NCBI GenBank assembly: GCA_963668625.2 | Contig: CAXXKA010000005.1 | Location: 64,001-128,000, forward strand | Source: an uncultured candidate division Zixibacteria bacterium | GTDB lineage: Bacteria; Zixibacteria; MSB-5A5; UBA10806; 4484-95 | DNA length: 64,000 nucleotides | Direction: 5' to 3' | Shown here: positions 29,261 to 39,415 of the stretch, piece after piece | Numbering within the stretch: position 1 is the first letter of the stretch | Layout of the letters: every line of letters begins with the position of its first letter | Position numbers and translations under genes: made by a program | Notes under the pieces: model-generated | Database searches by the model: none | Told to the model about the DNA's origin: nothing | What the model saw: only the letters and a program-made list of their open reading frames with translations

Positions 29261-29305
29261 ACATTTTTATTGAAATTACGATCAATCATTGCTAAAATAC
29301 TCCTC

Positions 29306-29626
29306 ATGAATGATAAATTGTTTGTAGTTCTCGTAACCTGCCCTATCGATAATGCCGAGGAGTTAGCCGAGACTCTCGTAAAAGAAAGGTTGGCCGCGTG
29401 TATCAATATAATACCGGTTAAGTCAATCTATTCATGGCAGGGGAAACTTGATCGGGACGACGAATCATTGTTGATATTGAAATCTAAGCAATCGGCCTAC
29501 GAAAAACTCGAATCCAGGATTAAAGAAATCCATCCGTATGATATCCCTGAGATAGTAGCTCTGGAATCCGAAAAGGTGGAGACAGCTTATTTAAACTGGG
29601 TTATAGATTCGGTCCAATCGGGTTAA
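29306..29626 (+). CDS. cutA: Divalent-cation tolerance protein CutA
   Basis: Motifs LVKERLAACIN, SIYSWQG, IHPYDIPEI, YLNWV. Confidence 0.93.
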   Translation: MNDKLFVVLVTCPIDNAEELAETLVKERLAACINIIPVKSIYSWQGKLDRDDESLLILKSKQSAYEKLESRIKEIHPYDIPEIVALESEKVETAYLNWVIDSVQSG

Positions 29627-29742
29627 TAATTTGTAATATACTCTAATTCCGGCGCATTTCATTTAGATTGATTCAAAACCTGATCCTTTAATTACTTTTC
29701 TCCCTAATGCATGAATGTCCCGGATAAATTCAGGAGATTAAA

Positions 29743-30750
29743 ATGAGTAAAATATCGAAGATTCTTATAATTATCATATTTCTCGCAATAAGCTGTTCTG
29801 TCAAAGACACCCGTTTCAGTATTGGCCTGGAGGATTTCTACGGTGTATGGGCAAACGAGCATTGTCAGATGGTCAAGACCGGTAAATATGAGATTTTATT
29901 CGAACGAGATAACTATATAATAGATTGCTCCATCAGAAAAGTAAACAGCGATGATAAGCAGATATATCTCGAAACAGTCGCCACCGCCAGATATGACACA
30001 TATAACGCACAGATGTTTATAGTGGCAAAAGATCTCATGAATGGCGGCGAAATTATTTATGATAATGACCGATCCAATACTATTATCTTGAGCGAGCATT
30101 CATGTGAGTTAAAGGAATATCCTGAGAAGATAATTATCACCAGCAAAGGCGAAACCGTAGGCGAATTGGCGAAATTGCATAAACAGCTCAGGCTTCAATT
30201 TCCCTCGGGCAACTGGCAAACTCTGGAGCTGATCGAGCCACTAAATTTAAGCATACCTTATATGCCGATAAAGGCCGATAGCCAACATATTGGCACAGCG
30301 CTGCATCAATGGCGTCTCGGTACCACTTTCAGGCAAAACGATGAAGGCGTTGTCAACTCAATCGCTATTTACACCAACGAACACTCATTCGAGTTCACTA
30401 TCAACACAAACGATAATGAAATTTACGCCGACTGCCGGGCGGGCAGGGTAAAAACCAACGATCGCGGTACTTTGTACGATGAGACCATCCGGCTTGGATA
30501 CGACAACATGGATTTCGCTGCGCGAATGGTTTCCGATAATTTCGAGACGCTACGCAAAGAACTCGACATTGACAATGCCAGGTTCAATCTTGTCTCGGAG
30601 TTTGGCCCGGATAATACCGTATACCAACCGGTTAAATCTTTTGATGATACATTGATAGTGGTAGAGGGGCCGGACGGCGATTATCCTATAGTAAGGCCCT
30701 CGAAAGACTCGCCGGATATCCTGGAGTGGTTCGAATACGAAGATTATTGA
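29743..30750 (+). CDS. Hypothetical lipoprotein
   Basis: Lipobox LAISC; CAGGAG RBS; 335 aa. Confidence 0.7.
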   Translation: MSKISKILIIIIFLAISCSVKDTRFSIGLEDFYGVWANEHCQMVKTGKYEILFERDNYIIDCSIRKVNSDDKQIYLETVATARYDTYNAQMFIVAKDLMNGGEIIYDNDRSNTIILSEHSCELKEYPEKIIITSKGETVGELAKLHKQLRLQFPSGNWQTLELIEPLNLSIPYMPIKADSQHIGTALHQWRLGTTFRQNDEGVVNSIAIYTNEHSFEFTINTNDNEIYADCRAGRVKTNDRGTLYDETIRLGYDNMDFAARMVSDNFETLRKELDIDNARFNLVSEFGPDNTVYQPVKSFDDTLIVVEGPDGDYPIVRPSKDSPDILEWFEYEDY

Positions 30751-31007
30751 TCAATCGTAATATGCCGAAACATTATACTGTATCCGTAAGTTGTGATTAG
30801 AAATTAATGATTGACAATGCATTTTCTAACCGATACTATGTTAGGAAATAAGCAATCGGGTACTCAAAAGGTACCCATTATTTTTTGCTCAATAATGGCT
30901 GAGGCAATCAGCACCACCTTCGTTTGGTATGAAATCCCAGACTCATTCCATGCGGACATCATAAGAATTGGCTTGGCGTGGAGCAATGAAATTTTCAGGA
31001 GGACAGG

Positions 31008-31436
31008 ATGAGTCAGGCGAAACAGAACGATAAAGTAAAAGTACATTATACAGGCACCCTTGATGACGGCACGGTTTTTGACAGCTCCCGCGATCGCGAT
31101 CCGTTCGAGTTTACCATTGGCGCCGGTCAGGTTATACCCGGATTCGAGACCGGTCTGGTCGGTATGGCTATCGGCGATACCAAGACAGTGAAAATCGAGC
31201 CTGAGGATGCCTATGGCAAAGTTCGCGAGGACCTGATTCTTGAAATCAATAAAAGCGAAATCCCCGCCGATATCGAACCGCAAGTCGGCCAACAGCTTCA
31301 AATCAATCAGTCGGATGGTAAAGTCATCCCGGTAACGATTTCGAATGTAACTGATGATAAAATTACTCTGGATGCCAATCATCCGTTAGCCGGAAAAGCC
31401 TTATCTTTCGAGATTGAGCTTTTGGAGATTAACTAA
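31008..31436 (+). CDS. FKBP-type peptidyl-prolyl isomerase (SlyD-like, short form)
   Basis: Motifs VHYTGTLDDGTVFDSS, VIPGFE, PEDAYG, DANHPLAGK. Confidence 0.95.
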   Translation: MSQAKQNDKVKVHYTGTLDDGTVFDSSRDRDPFEFTIGAGQVIPGFETGLVGMAIGDTKTVKIEPEDAYGKVREDLILEINKSEIPADIEPQVGQQLQINQSDGKVIPVTISNVTDDKITLDANHPLAGKALSFEIELLEIN

Positions 31437-31695
31437 GGCAAATAATCTCTTTCACATTTCTCTATATTTTAACAGGCATGGAAGTCCGTATATATTTCCG
31501 CTTGATGATTTCGACGATTCCCTGCTTGTCCATAATATTCAAATGTAGTAATTTTGGATAAATAAACGCTACTGTCCGGCCCTTCCATCTCGTTGCGAAG
31601 CTGCTGGAATGGTTGTATAGCCAGTCCATATATTCATAGAAATAGAGTAATATCCCATATCCATTCATTTATTATACCTTTCGTAGATATTTCGC

Positions 31696-32340
31696 TTGAT
31701 TTATATATTCCAGATAAATAAAATAATTGGAATAGTAAAAATATTGAGACGTATTATTTTGGAAGAAAACGACTTAAATACGAAAGCCCCGGAAGGGGTA
31801 TCGGACGAAAAGAAATTAATTGCGGATTATGTAACCGGAAACCGGAGGGCATTTTCGGAATTAATGAAAAAATATCGCAACAAAGCGCTGAATTTTGCTT
31901 ATCGTTATCTAGGGGATATCGAGGAGGCGGAGGATGCTGCTCAGGATTGTTTCGTTAAAATCTATCTCAACCGTCAACGATTCGATCTGAGTAAGGAATT
32001 CGAGCCCTGGTTTTATCGTATCCTGACAAATATCTGCCGCGATAAATTACGCAAGCGAGGCCGGTTTGCCGATTTCAAAGACCGTTTTCAGCAGGAGAAA
32101 TTAACCGAACTGGGTAGCGCAAAAGCCAAAGTCAAACCCGATACCGAGTTGTTCACTCGGGCATTGCAGAAATTAGATCCTGATAAACGAGAGGTAATAA
32201 TACTCAGGTTTAACCGGGATCTCAGCTACGATGAAATTGCCAGAGCGCTCGATATAAGTCCGGGTACAGTGATGTCGCGCCTTCACAGGGCTAAAAAGGA
32301 ACTTGAAAAAATCTTTAAGATAATGGGGATAAAACCGTAA
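31696..32340 (+). CDS. ECF RNA polymerase sigma factor (true start may be ~31759)
   Basis: Motifs EAEDAAQDCF, WFYRILTNIC, LSYDEIA…GTVMSRLHRA. Confidence 0.92.
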   Translation: MIYIFQINKIIGIVKILRRIILEENDLNTKAPEGVSDEKKLIADYVTGNRRAFSELMKKYRNKALNFAYRYLGDIEEAEDAAQDCFVKIYLNRQRFDLSKEFEPWFYRILTNICRDKLRKRGRFADFKDRFQQEKLTELGSAKAKVKPDTELFTRALQKLDPDKREVIILRFNRDLSYDEIARALDISPGTVMSRLHRAKKELEKIFKIMGIKP

Positions 32341-33350
32341 TGGACTGCCGGGAATTCGAAAATAAAATCTGGAGCCAACCTAATAATTACTCATCAAAGG
32401 ATAATCTCCCTGATGACATGATGGCTCATCTGAATAAATGCCCTGAATGTGCCGGTGTCTACGAGGATTTCCTGAAAATGTTCTTGCTTTCGGGCAAAGC
32501 CGAAATTGCCGGAGATGAGAGCTACTGGCAAAATTTCGAAAATAATGTTTGGGACAAAATCGAATCCTCAGAAAAAGACAGTCAGGCCGTATCGAATAGC
32601 TCGTTTAGGCCTCGTTACAACCTCGGTTTCAAGCAATTGTTCGCCTCGCTTACGGTCGCTGCCGGCACGGTGGCTATGTTGATGCTGGCGGTCTCGAATA
32701 TCACTAACGAGCCTGATATAGCGCCAATGATGAAGAAAGCCGAAAATCGGTTGATGAATAATTCAAGCCTGCCGATAAGCGATCTCAAACAAAAACGATA
32801 CGAGCTTTCTTTTGTACCGGGCGAAAAGGGGGGGCTTCAGTTCGTGCAATATTCGCTTCTCTCCGAACCCGAGGTTAACGTCATTGACGATAGCTCGGAG
32901 GTTCGTATCGATGCCGCTTATCTTACCGAGGACGGACTCGAGGATAAAGACCTTTCCATAACCAGGGCAAGTATCCAGGATGTCGAAAGAGGCATGGGCA
33001 CCGGCGATTCGGTAATCCCACATGTCGAATCGGAACTTGCAGAGGCGACACCTCCCGAGTACATAATCACGGTCGAGAAAATGCCCAGGATGATAAAAGC
33101 AGTCGCCCCGGATTATCCGCCTATCGCATATCGTTTCAAACGCGGCGGTGATGTCTGGATAAAGGCTTTCGTTGATGCCTCGGGGAAAGTACAACGAGCG
33201 ACCGTGCATAAAAAGTCGGGCAGTGATAGTGATTTCGATGAGGCTGCGCTCGAGGCGGCCTATAAAAACCAGTTCGAGCCTTTTGAGGTTAACGGCAGGA
33301 AAACTCCTGTCTGGGTAATTTACAAAGTAAGCTTCATCTCTAAAGATTAA
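32340..33350 (+). CDS. Anti-sigma-like (HxxxCxxC) membrane protein with C-terminal TonB domain
   Basis: HLNKCPEC near the N-terminus; one TM helix; C-terminal PDYP…GDVWIKAFVDASGKV…FDEAALEA…FEP. Confidence 0.8.
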   Translation: MDCREFENKIWSQPNNYSSKDNLPDDMMAHLNKCPECAGVYEDFLKMFLLSGKAEIAGDESYWQNFENNVWDKIESSEKDSQAVSNSSFRPRYNLGFKQLFASLTVAAGTVAMLMLAVSNITNEPDIAPMMKKAENRLMNNSSLPISDLKQKRYELSFVPGEKGGLQFVQYSLLSEPEVNVIDDSSEVRIDAAYLTEDGLEDKDLSITRASIQDVERGMGTGDSVIPHVESELAEATPPEYIITVEKMPRMIKAVAPDYPPIAYRFKRGGDVWIKAFVDASGKVQRATVHKKSGSDSDFDEAALEAAYKNQFEPFEVNGRKTPVWVIYKVSFISKD

Positions 33351-33372
33351 CCACTAGTATCATGACCTATAG

Positions 33373-33609
33373 ATTAAAAAAGCCCTTGCATCATGCAAGG
33401 GCTTAAGAAGCTGTGAGACCAAAATGACATGATCCTCTGGAGGGGGTAGAGGACCGATCACTCTCCCGGCTCACAGCAATTTTCAAGAATGTTCTTTATT
33501 TTTGACTTGTCGTAATTTTCGTTTCTCTACCCCTGACTAAATTTTACTACACCTCAATAGGTTCAGCAGTCCCGAGTTATTCCGAGGATGAGTAATATCC
33601 CACCCCAAT
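33373..33609 (-). ncRNA. Candidate small RNA (~235 nt)
   Basis: Promoter TTGACA-17-TATATT (33644-33616); long hairpin GCTGTGAG…CTCACAGC; terminator AAGCCCTTGCATGATGCAAGGGCTTTTTT; no ORF in the track. Confidence 0.55.
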
Positions 33610-33615
33610 GGCGAT

Positions 33616-33644
33616 AATATAAGTATAAGTGGCCATACTGTCAA
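33616..33644 (-). promoter_or_regulatory. Sigma70 promoter
   Basis: TTGACA-GTATGGCCACTTATACT(17)-TATATT. Confidence 0.7.
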
Positions 33645-33840
33645 GAGAAGTTTTCTAATCTTTTTCATTTTCAGTATTATCGCCTCTCGCTACTCTTTTG
33701 GTTACGATATTGGCTTTCGAACGCCTTTTTAAACCTTGATATTCTCTCCTCAAGTACGATATTAGGATCTCTCGAGAAGTTGGTCTGGCTTTTCATTGTT
33801 TTGCTGTCCACATTTGACATTATATCCCTCCTGTCTCTAT

Positions 33841-35610
33841 CTATTTAAGGTACAACATCTTACTAATAATGCTATGTTCGTCGAATTTAACCCGGTAGAA
33901 ATACACTCCTGTGCTAACATCACCGACTCTTGTATCCACTCCATCCCAGTCTATATTATGATATCCGGCGCTCAATCTGCTGTTACACAGATTTTCAACC
34001 AGTCTGCCGTTAATGTCATAGATATCAACTTCCACATCGGAGTCTGCATATAGCAGGAAACTAATCGTGGTCTGGGCATTAAATGGATTAGGATAATTAT
34101 TATATAATTCCGCTTTTTCAGGAATCAGGTATTTGTCATCATCGATATACTGCGGACTACCGATTGCAATATCGGCAGTCATAGTGCTTAATGAATTACT
34201 GATATTAGTTATCGATACGTTAGTAGGATCGCCGGCGTAGCTATTCGAATTCGGCGTACTGATATCGTTAAACGTTCTATTATCGGTTGAACCGGGGAAG
34301 GGATCACCTGAATCGCCCTGATCTATCCCATGCTCCAACTCCCAGAGCTGATCAGCCGGTTCAACGGCCACTAAATAGTGCGAGCTACCCGAGCCGGGCC
34401 ACCACTCGTCATCATTATCACTGCGGTTATCATCAATATGATAAACCATCAAACCGCTTCCCGGAATATATGAATCGTAACCTGTCTTTTGACGGTTTTC
34501 AACCAGAAAATATTCATTACCGGGAAGACCGTTTGTCCAAATCTTATATATCGTACTGTTATTTTCCGAGTTAGGAATAGACAATCCTGTTTGATTGGAA
34601 CTCAGTACGGTCGGCGTAACGAATCCTAACTGTATTTTGCACCAGGCATCGAAATGCGCCGGGCTGCTACCGAGATAGCCGTTCCAACTTCCGCCCGCCA
34701 TGATACTCCATTTGCCTACGCCCTCGGAGGAGTAGTCCGTATCGTATAAGTCGGGTAAACCTAATACGTGCCCCAGCTCGTGGCAATAAACACCGCATGT
34801 CATATCACCGGCCGATACCCAATATTCCGGCTGCATCGAATATGTGTATGCGTATACGCCATCCACATACCGGGGCGAGATTGCCCATTTGTGCGACCAG
34901 ATATCATTATTGCTGCCGGTGTATTCCGCGCCCGGTCCGGCATGAACCACAACCAGGCCATCCACGAAACCATCCGAGTCATTATCGAAATCAGAGAAGT
35001 CCACATAAGGATTGACCAGGTCAACGGCGTCCTCAACCAGTTTCTGGGCGTTCTGAGGATATGATCCTAGGCCGTTCTGGCTATTGCAGTAATAGGCGTA
35101 TGTCTGGGACGGTTGTTTCCAACCGATGTCGGAGGGTAATATTACGGTAGTGAGATTCAGTGTGTTGTACGAAACCTCCTTATAATAATTATTAACCGTT
35201 CCGGTTTGATCGACATACATGAGCGTATCGAAAAATAGGTCAGGTACCGAGGCCTTTTTATCGGAGAAATTAATCAGTATAGTCAGGACATTTATATTGC
35301 CCGATGCCACCGATTTGGCCAAGCTATTATTCGAGCGGTTCAGCCCGGCCTGGGAATGGGGAGAATTTCCGGCAGTGCCAACGCCCCTGGAAAGGAGTTC
35401 CTGCCTGTGGTTAAGGTAGTAGGAATCGGCAAATCTGTCGCTTGCGATTTTACCAAGGGCCTCACCCATGTATGGCGGCGCCGAGGAAGCAATAACCGGC
35501 AGCGAAACCGCAATCAGCAACGCTGTCAGGATGCTCAGTTTGACTTTCTTTCTTTTGATCTCTATCATTGCCGTTATCCTTTTCAGAGACGTTAGCGTTT
35601 TACTCATCAC
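33841..35610 (-). CDS. M6 family (immune inhibitor A-like) metalloprotease with C-terminal sorting-type domain
   Basis: Motifs CHELGHVLGLPDLYD, WSIMAGGSW, EYFLVENRQ; CTD NYPNPFN…KMLYLK. Confidence 0.92.
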   Translation of the reverse strand: MMSKTLTSLKRITAMIEIKRKKVKLSILTALLIAVSLPVIASSAPPYMGEALGKIASDRFADSYYLNHRQELLSRGVGTAGNSPHSQAGLNRSNNSLAKSVASGNINVLTILINFSDKKASVPDLFFDTLMYVDQTGTVNNYYKEVSYNTLNLTTVILPSDIGWKQPSQTYAYYCNSQNGLGSYPQNAQKLVEDAVDLVNPYVDFSDFDNDSDGFVDGLVVVHAGPGAEYTGSNNDIWSHKWAISPRYVDGVYAYTYSMQPEYWVSAGDMTCGVYCHELGHVLGLPDLYDTDYSSEGVGKWSIMAGGSWNGYLGSSPAHFDAWCKIQLGFVTPTVLSSNQTGLSIPNSENNSTIYKIWTNGLPGNEYFLVENRQKTGYDSYIPGSGLMVYHIDDNRSDNDDEWWPGSGSSHYLVAVEPADQLWELEHGIDQGDSGDPFPGSTDNRTFNDISTPNSNSYAGDPTNVSITNISNSLSTMTADIAIGSPQYIDDDKYLIPEKAELYNNYPNPFNAQTTISFLLYADSDVEVDIYDINGRLVENLCNSRLSAGYHNIDWDGVDTRVGDVSTGVYFYRVKFDEHSIISKMLYLK

Positions 35611-35617
35611 TCGTTAA

Positions 35618-36886
35618 TTAAAACCTGAGTCCCATAGCGAAACCGAAATCTATGCCTTTCGTCGCGCCGGGATTGAACGAGCCGTTATTAGCTATCGCGA
35701 AATCGATTTGATAGGGGCCCATATATATACCGAAACCGGTGGCTAAAATCGTTCCCCGGTCGCCACCGAAAGAACTACCCAACCTGAGCGGCAGGAAACC
35801 TACCGGTTTATATTCCAGACCGGCGCTTATTCGGGGATTAACCGACTGTGAAGCGCTGCTTCTAACGCCCTGTTCCCAATCGATTGCCCAGGTAAGTTTA
35901 TTATAGGCTCTGGAAAGACCCAGTTTAAGAACGGGGGAGACAGTGGTCGAAAACGCCTCGGTATCGTAGGTGGTATCGCTTGACTCGACCAGTGAATCGG
36001 AATCGTCATCGGCGATATTATCGAAATTGATGGGCTCGGTAAATTCGAACGTGAATACTGTTTCTTCGGGTTGACCGTTCCAGTTTATCTTCGAATACAG
36101 GTTCTGATAACTGGCCGAGAAAACCCAACTGTTCTCGAATATCATGGCCATGCCAATGTCCATACCATAACCCTGGCCGCCAATACACTGGCGAATCGTC
36201 ATGGTACCGTCACCGGTGAAACCGTCATCGGTAGTATTAACACCACCCTCGGCGTTGATAATTTTCTGATAGGCCGCGCCATAGAAAAAGTGAGCGGTCG
36301 CGCCTACAGCCAGTTCACCGCCATCCCACTTTTTAAGAGGATGACCATACGACAGGGCGGCATCGCCTATACCGTAAGCTTCGCCCTCGGTTTCACTCAA
36401 ATCAACCTCAGATTTGACGGCGTTGCCGTAGAGAAACAACTCGAACGGATCTTTGTCGAGGCTGAGTTTCGAGGCGCCCAGGGTTCTGAAAGACATAGCC
36501 ACTCTGTTGACCGAGAAACTAAGAACATTTGCCTCGGTAATGAAATCAAGCTGCAAGCCCTCGTTCGGAATTTTATCCAGAATCGCTTTCTTGTCGCCGT
36601 TATCCAGAAACTGGCCGTTGTACGTATTGTAATCCGCCAGCGAGAAACTGTTATTCTTCAGGCTCAAACCGACTCCCACGATATCCAGCGAGAAAGAGCG
36701 GTTGTTGGAAAGGCCGAGATTAGCCGGGTTGTAGGCTGTCGCCTCAAGCCCGGTGCCCAGCGCCGTGTAGGCGCCGCCCATAGCCATCGCACGCGGGTGC
36801 GACTGACCCCAGGCGAATATCGGGCCGGAACTGAGCAGTATGACACTCAGTACCGCTATCGTTATTTTAAAAGTTGAATTTCTCAT
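35618..36886 (-). CDS. Outer-membrane beta-barrel protein (PorV/FadL/DUF5723-like)
   Basis: Signal peptide; RAMAMGGAYTA…YNPANL; terminal …MGLRF. Confidence 0.75.
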   Translation of the reverse strand: MRNSTFKITIAVLSVILLSSGPIFAWGQSHPRAMAMGGAYTALGTGLEATAYNPANLGLSNNRSFSLDIVGVGLSLKNNSFSLADYNTYNGQFLDNGDKKAILDKIPNEGLQLDFITEANVLSFSVNRVAMSFRTLGASKLSLDKDPFELFLYGNAVKSEVDLSETEGEAYGIGDAALSYGHPLKKWDGGELAVGATAHFFYGAAYQKIINAEGGVNTTDDGFTGDGTMTIRQCIGGQGYGMDIGMAMIFENSWVFSASYQNLYSKINWNGQPEETVFTFEFTEPINFDNIADDDSDSLVESSDTTYDTEAFSTTVSPVLKLGLSRAYNKLTWAIDWEQGVRSSASQSVNPRISAGLEYKPVGFLPLRLGSSFGGDRGTILATGFGIYMGPYQIDFAIANNGSFNPGATKGIDFGFAMGLRF

Positions 36887-36899
36887 TTATTTCCCCTCC

Positions 36900-38921
36900 T
36901 TAATTTCCATTATTATCTTCCCAGAGATGTTCTCCGGCATTGACTGAAAGCCTGGCGGTAGCCGATATCGTGAAATAATCGCCGCCGCTTATATAGCTGC
37001 CTGTTGTCGGCAGAAGCTGCACCTTTGGCGCTATGAAAAATTCCTCGCTCTCGAACACCGAGATTTCCTCGGAGGTAAGCGAATCGCTGAATACCGATAT
37101 AATCTCTTCGATCGCATAACCATCGGTATCAGTGGTAGCGCTTTCCAGAATAAACGGACCGATAATCAGCGAACGAGGATCGGTGTAAATCCTGTCGTCA
37201 TCATAGTAACCCATATAAAGAGCCACTTTCATGCCCACCGGTAGATGGCTTGTCAATTGGGCGCGCACGGTGCCGTAATTGAATGTCTCATCGAAATCAG
37301 GAGAATCATCACCGGCGCCCTCGGCATCGGTTATCTCCAGATCGAGAGTCGAAGTATCAGCCAATGAAAATGCCAGCGGCGAGTAAATCTCTACCGTCCC
37401 GAAGAAGAAATCATCCTTATGGATATAGACCGAATCCGCGTTGGCAGGATTCATGATTGCTATACCGGTAATATTGATCTGCTCTGGAGTCGGGCTTAAG
37501 AACGAGCTTAAGGCAAGCGAGGATATTATAATCTCGGTCTCCTCAGGTTGGCTCAATGAGAGGCCCTTACCATGCACGGTATCCTGTACGACTACGTTTC
37601 TGGTACCATCCTGGTTTGCCAGAAGCATATCCACGAACACATCGGAGGTGGAGTTGTTATACAGGGTCATACGCATTTGGGCGTGAGTTAATGTGGCATC
37701 CTCGAAACCGTCGGGGACATCGACATCCTCGCTCATCGGATCAATGGTGATCTCGGTAGGCTCGATCTGTCCGGTTATGGACTCGAATGTAATATCTGAA
37801 ACATCCGCGATGACTTTCAGCGAGTCGGTGGCGTTAACCTGGTATTTTAATGGTGAACTATCCTCGATATCAGCGGTAACTCCAATAGTTACTGTCTGGG
37901 GTGAGGTAGCGCCATCAGGCGTAAGGTTGTAGCCATTAAGGTTGATATTTCTATAGACAGTCGAATTTCCGGCAATGGCTTCCGAAAGCGAAAGTGCCGT
38001 ACTATTCAACTCGAAATTCGGAAATAACATATCGAGATTCATTGGCAGACTCGAGCCGTTGACTATCTGTATAGTCATCGTACCCTGATCGATCACCGAT
38101 TCATATATGATCGACTCATCAGCCATATCTATTATTTGATCGAGATTCTTAGTGAATGCGGGAATCTCGGCTAATGCGCTCGATACGGATATGCCGCCGG
38201 GGAATGATGTCGAAATAACCAGATCATTCGAAGGCAAGCTTATCTCCTGAGCCAGAACCGTACCGTAAGTGCGAAGAGTTAATGAATTTTCCACACGTTC
38301 ACCGGCCAGATCGAGTTGACGGCTCAAGGTTTGATTGTCGGCAATACCATTTTCGAAAATTGCAGCGCTTAACGGTGTGCCAAGATCGGATGAATTATAT
38401 ATCCATACAACCAGCGAATCGATATCGGCGCCGATATCGTTAGCGACTTGAACCTCTATTACTCCTTCATGGATTTCAGCCCAGTCGAAATTATCGATAT
38501 TGCTCATTGCCCTGGAACGGTTAAACGAGGTATCGACCGGTACGAAATTAGCCACATTCGGTACACCTAGATCGGCCATACTGAATGTCTCCGGATCGAT
38601 TGTCGGCGAATCGATATCCACTATATCCAGCGAATCCTCGTAGGTCTGATTGATACCATCGGCGCTGAGATTATCCTCAACCGATACTGTATCAACATCC
38701 TGTGTGATAGAGAACGCCGGATTGCCGAGACTATCAAAGATGATATCCTCGGTATCCATCTGGTCTACCAGGTCCTGGATATCATAAGTCTTGTTGGTTA
38801 ATGGTAAATCCCAGGATGTTTCCCAGGTTGGCGCCTGGGGCTCCTGAATAGAACAACCGCTAAAAATAAACATAGCGGCCAGAACTAATACTAGCCCGAG
38901 TTTAAATTGGACTTTTCTCAC
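36900..38921 (-). CDS. Hypothetical lipoprotein
   Basis: Lipobox FSGC; P.WETSWDLPL; 673 aa; first gene of a three-gene operon. Confidence 0.75.
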   Translation of the reverse strand: MRKVQFKLGLVLVLAAMFIFSGCSIQEPQAPTWETSWDLPLTNKTYDIQDLVDQMDTEDIIFDSLGNPAFSITQDVDTVSVEDNLSADGINQTYEDSLDIVDIDSPTIDPETFSMADLGVPNVANFVPVDTSFNRSRAMSNIDNFDWAEIHEGVIEVQVANDIGADIDSLVVWIYNSSDLGTPLSAAIFENGIADNQTLSRQLDLAGERVENSLTLRTYGTVLAQEISLPSNDLVISTSFPGGISVSSALAEIPAFTKNLDQIIDMADESIIYESVIDQGTMTIQIVNGSSLPMNLDMLFPNFELNSTALSLSEAIAGNSTVYRNINLNGYNLTPDGATSPQTVTIGVTADIEDSSPLKYQVNATDSLKVIADVSDITFESITGQIEPTEITIDPMSEDVDVPDGFEDATLTHAQMRMTLYNNSTSDVFVDMLLANQDGTRNVVVQDTVHGKGLSLSQPEETEIIISSLALSSFLSPTPEQINITGIAIMNPANADSVYIHKDDFFFGTVEIYSPLAFSLADTSTLDLEITDAEGAGDDSPDFDETFNYGTVRAQLTSHLPVGMKVALYMGYYDDDRIYTDPRSLIIGPFILESATTDTDGYAIEEIISVFSDSLTSEEISVFESEEFFIAPKVQLLPTTGSYISGGDYFTISATARLSVNAGEHLWEDNNGN

Positions 38922-38982
38922 TTGGTTTCCCCTCCTTAATTATGAAAGATTCTTTTTTGCCGCAAATACTGGCAGAATTAAA

Positions 38983-38999
38983 TGCAAGGGGAATGCCAA
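38983..38999 (-). promoter_or_regulatory. Sigma54 (-24/-12) promoter
   Basis: TTGGCATTCCCCTTGCA (GG-N10-GC), about 60 bp upstream of the 38921 start. Confidence 0.7.
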
Positions 39000-39164
39000 G
39001 CGTGTCAAACCTGTAGCAACAGTTAAACATCATGTGTAACCGTATGATATATAGTAGGATATAATGAGATATGAATGTCTGTTATTGTATCATATTATAG
39101 TGTTTTTCATGAAAACTATGGGGTGTTTCCAATAGATGAGGTGATAAATCCCTTTATTTCGGAT

Positions 39165-39238
39165 AAAAAAGAGTGATTGGCGCAAGCCCCCATCAAAGAT
39201 GTTGACTCTGGGGAGTAGGGGAGACTCGCACCAATCAC
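39165..39238 (-). other. Long hairpin with C-rich segment and T-run (terminator or sRNA-like)
   Basis: GTGATTGGTGCGAGTCTCCCCTACTCCCC…GGGGGCTTGCGCCAATCAC followed by TCTTTTTT. Confidence 0.5.
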
Positions 39239-39415
39239 GAAAGTAACATGACTGCCTCGCAAAAGCACAGGAATTAACAGTTTTTGCGAAAAATCCGTAA
39301 AATAGTTATAAATAATTCTAAACAATAATGGACATACGTGTCATTTAGAGACGCCAAAGACAACGAGGCAATCTGTCTGATTTGTGTAGATAGTTTGATG
39401 GTGGGGATACTCCGG

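Noticed and set aside
29234-29305. N-terminal extension of cutA
   Set aside because: It derives from the MITE-like end; CutA homology begins at ATG 29306.
36071-36877. 268-aa plus-strand ORF
   Set aside because: Antisense shadow of the beta-barrel gene; the other long antisense ORFs (19656, 30864, 48432, 62916) are rejected for the same reason.
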